DNA from: Pseudothioglobus sp. nBUS_23
Lineage (GTDB): Bacteria > Pseudomonadota > Gammaproteobacteria > PS1 > Pseudothioglobaceae
NCBI RefSeq assembly: GCF_051201565.1
Contig: NZ_CP179200.1
Span: forward strand, 90,001 to 122,000
Reading direction: 5' to 3'
Length of the DNA: 32,000 bases
Shown here: piece by piece, positions 31,501 through 32,000 of the stretch
How positions within the stretch are numbered: position 1 is the first letter of the stretch
Layout: every line of letters begins with the position of its first letter
Translations under genes and position numbers: made by a program
Notes under the pieces: generated by a model
The model's database searches: none
Seen by the model: only the letters and a program-made list of their open reading frames with translations
What the model was told of the DNA's origin: nothing

Positions 31501-32000
31501 ATGGATAAGAAAACAAGAGACAACTCCGCAATGATGAATGGCCTCTATTGGTGGGGCGTTCCTACTTTGTTTCGATGTCCTCATCAGCCTGAGACTGATG
31601 GCTGTGATATTGCACTTGTTGGCGTTCCACATAGCACCGGGAATGGGACAACACAGCGCGATCAGCATTTGGGACCTAGGGCAGTTAGAAATATTTCAGC
31701 TCAGGGCAGAAGAGGACACTTAAAGTTTGGAATCTCTCCCTGGGAGATGTGTGAAATTAGAGATTTTGGTGATGTTCCCCTTCCCGAAGCTAACAATAAT
31801 GAGCAATGTATTGAGCGCATTACTGAGTTTTATGATGTCATTGCAAAGTCGGGTGTTAGGCCTATTTCAATTGGCGGTGACCATTCAATTACTGGAGGAA
31901 TTCTGCAGGCCATTGCAGGCCCCAAGTCCAAACTCACAAATGGTGAAAAAGCAGTACTAGTTCATTTTGATGCTCATACTGATGCATTTCATCAGCTCGA
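31501..32000 (+). CDS. Agmatinase/ureohydrolase (arginase family) protein, 3' end outside window
   Basis: My own translation of frame 1 from the ATG at 31501 reads MDKKTRDNSAMMNGLYWWGVPTLFRCPHQPETDGCDIALVGVPHSTGNGTTQRDQHLGPRAVRNIS...ISIGGDHSITGGIL...VLVHFDAHTDAF. It contains the Mn-binding GGDHS and HFDAHxD motifs and is open to the window end. It is not in the supplied track because no stop falls inside the window. Confidence 0.85.
   Translation, partial: MDKKTRDNSAMMNGLYWWGVPTLFRCPHQPETDGCDIALVGVPHSTGNGTTQRDQHLGPRAVRNISAQGRRGHLKFGISPWEMCEIRDFGDVPLPEANNNEQCIERITEFYDVIAKSGVRPISIGGDHSITGGILQAIAGPKSKLTNGEKAVLVHFDAHTDAFHQL

Noticed and set aside
31538-31960. Track ORFs 31538..31723 and 31727..31960.
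   Set aside because: Both lie out of frame within the agmatinase-family ORF that starts at 31501 and carries unmistakable ureohydrolase motifs.

Overview
This is a visibly AT-rich bacterial chromosome segment, probably from a marine photoheterotroph. That is inferred from a proteorhodopsin gene and gammaproteobacterial-type DUF genes; the taxon is not proven. The left 12 kb is the unusual part. It holds a same-strand tandem array of seven genes (the first is truncated by the window edge). All encode secreted or lipoprotein-like proteins that share a near-identical N-terminal module of about 45 aa: a signal peptide plus the Cys-bounded motif C-PDGS[ED]P..SIS.DGTY[FY]VF[NS]-C. After a Ser/Asn-rich linker come unrelated bodies, either FG-GAP/VCBS beta-propeller-like or all-alpha alginate-lyase-like, followed by shuffled C-terminal modules. 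Every gene in the array is separated from the next by a conserved 40-55 bp intergenic element with the core CCCTCCCTCACACATCAAACGAAATTTGGA. There are eight full copies and two degenerate half copies, all in one orientation. The element also brackets two unrelated genes: a 77-aa membrane protein and, at the array edge, a DUF2200 gene. I could not assign the N-terminal module or the intergenic element to any named family. The remaining 20 kb is a mixed accessory and housekeeping region. It contains a thioredoxin-fold protein, a GT9 glycosyltransferase, a CIA30 protein, and three dispersed paralogs of a small secreted Cys-pair protein (DDWSNxDLCxW). It also contains an ATGA-coupled three-gene operon with an untracked 57-aa ORF, and an XRE-HTH/membrane/DUF4389 operon with an untracked 51-aa ORF. 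Further genes encode signal-peptide Sel1, MORN and pentapeptide repeat proteins and a green-tuned (Leu105-type) proteorhodopsin. Next come a GST and a Rieske oxygenase with a DMSP-lyase-like cupin. The right end holds a group of small-molecule nitrogen-catabolism-type genes: CN-hydrolase, Ldh_2 dehydrogenase, SDR, and an agmatinase-family gene that runs off the right edge and is missing from the ORF track. I saw no rRNA, tRNA, CRISPR array, transposase or integrase.
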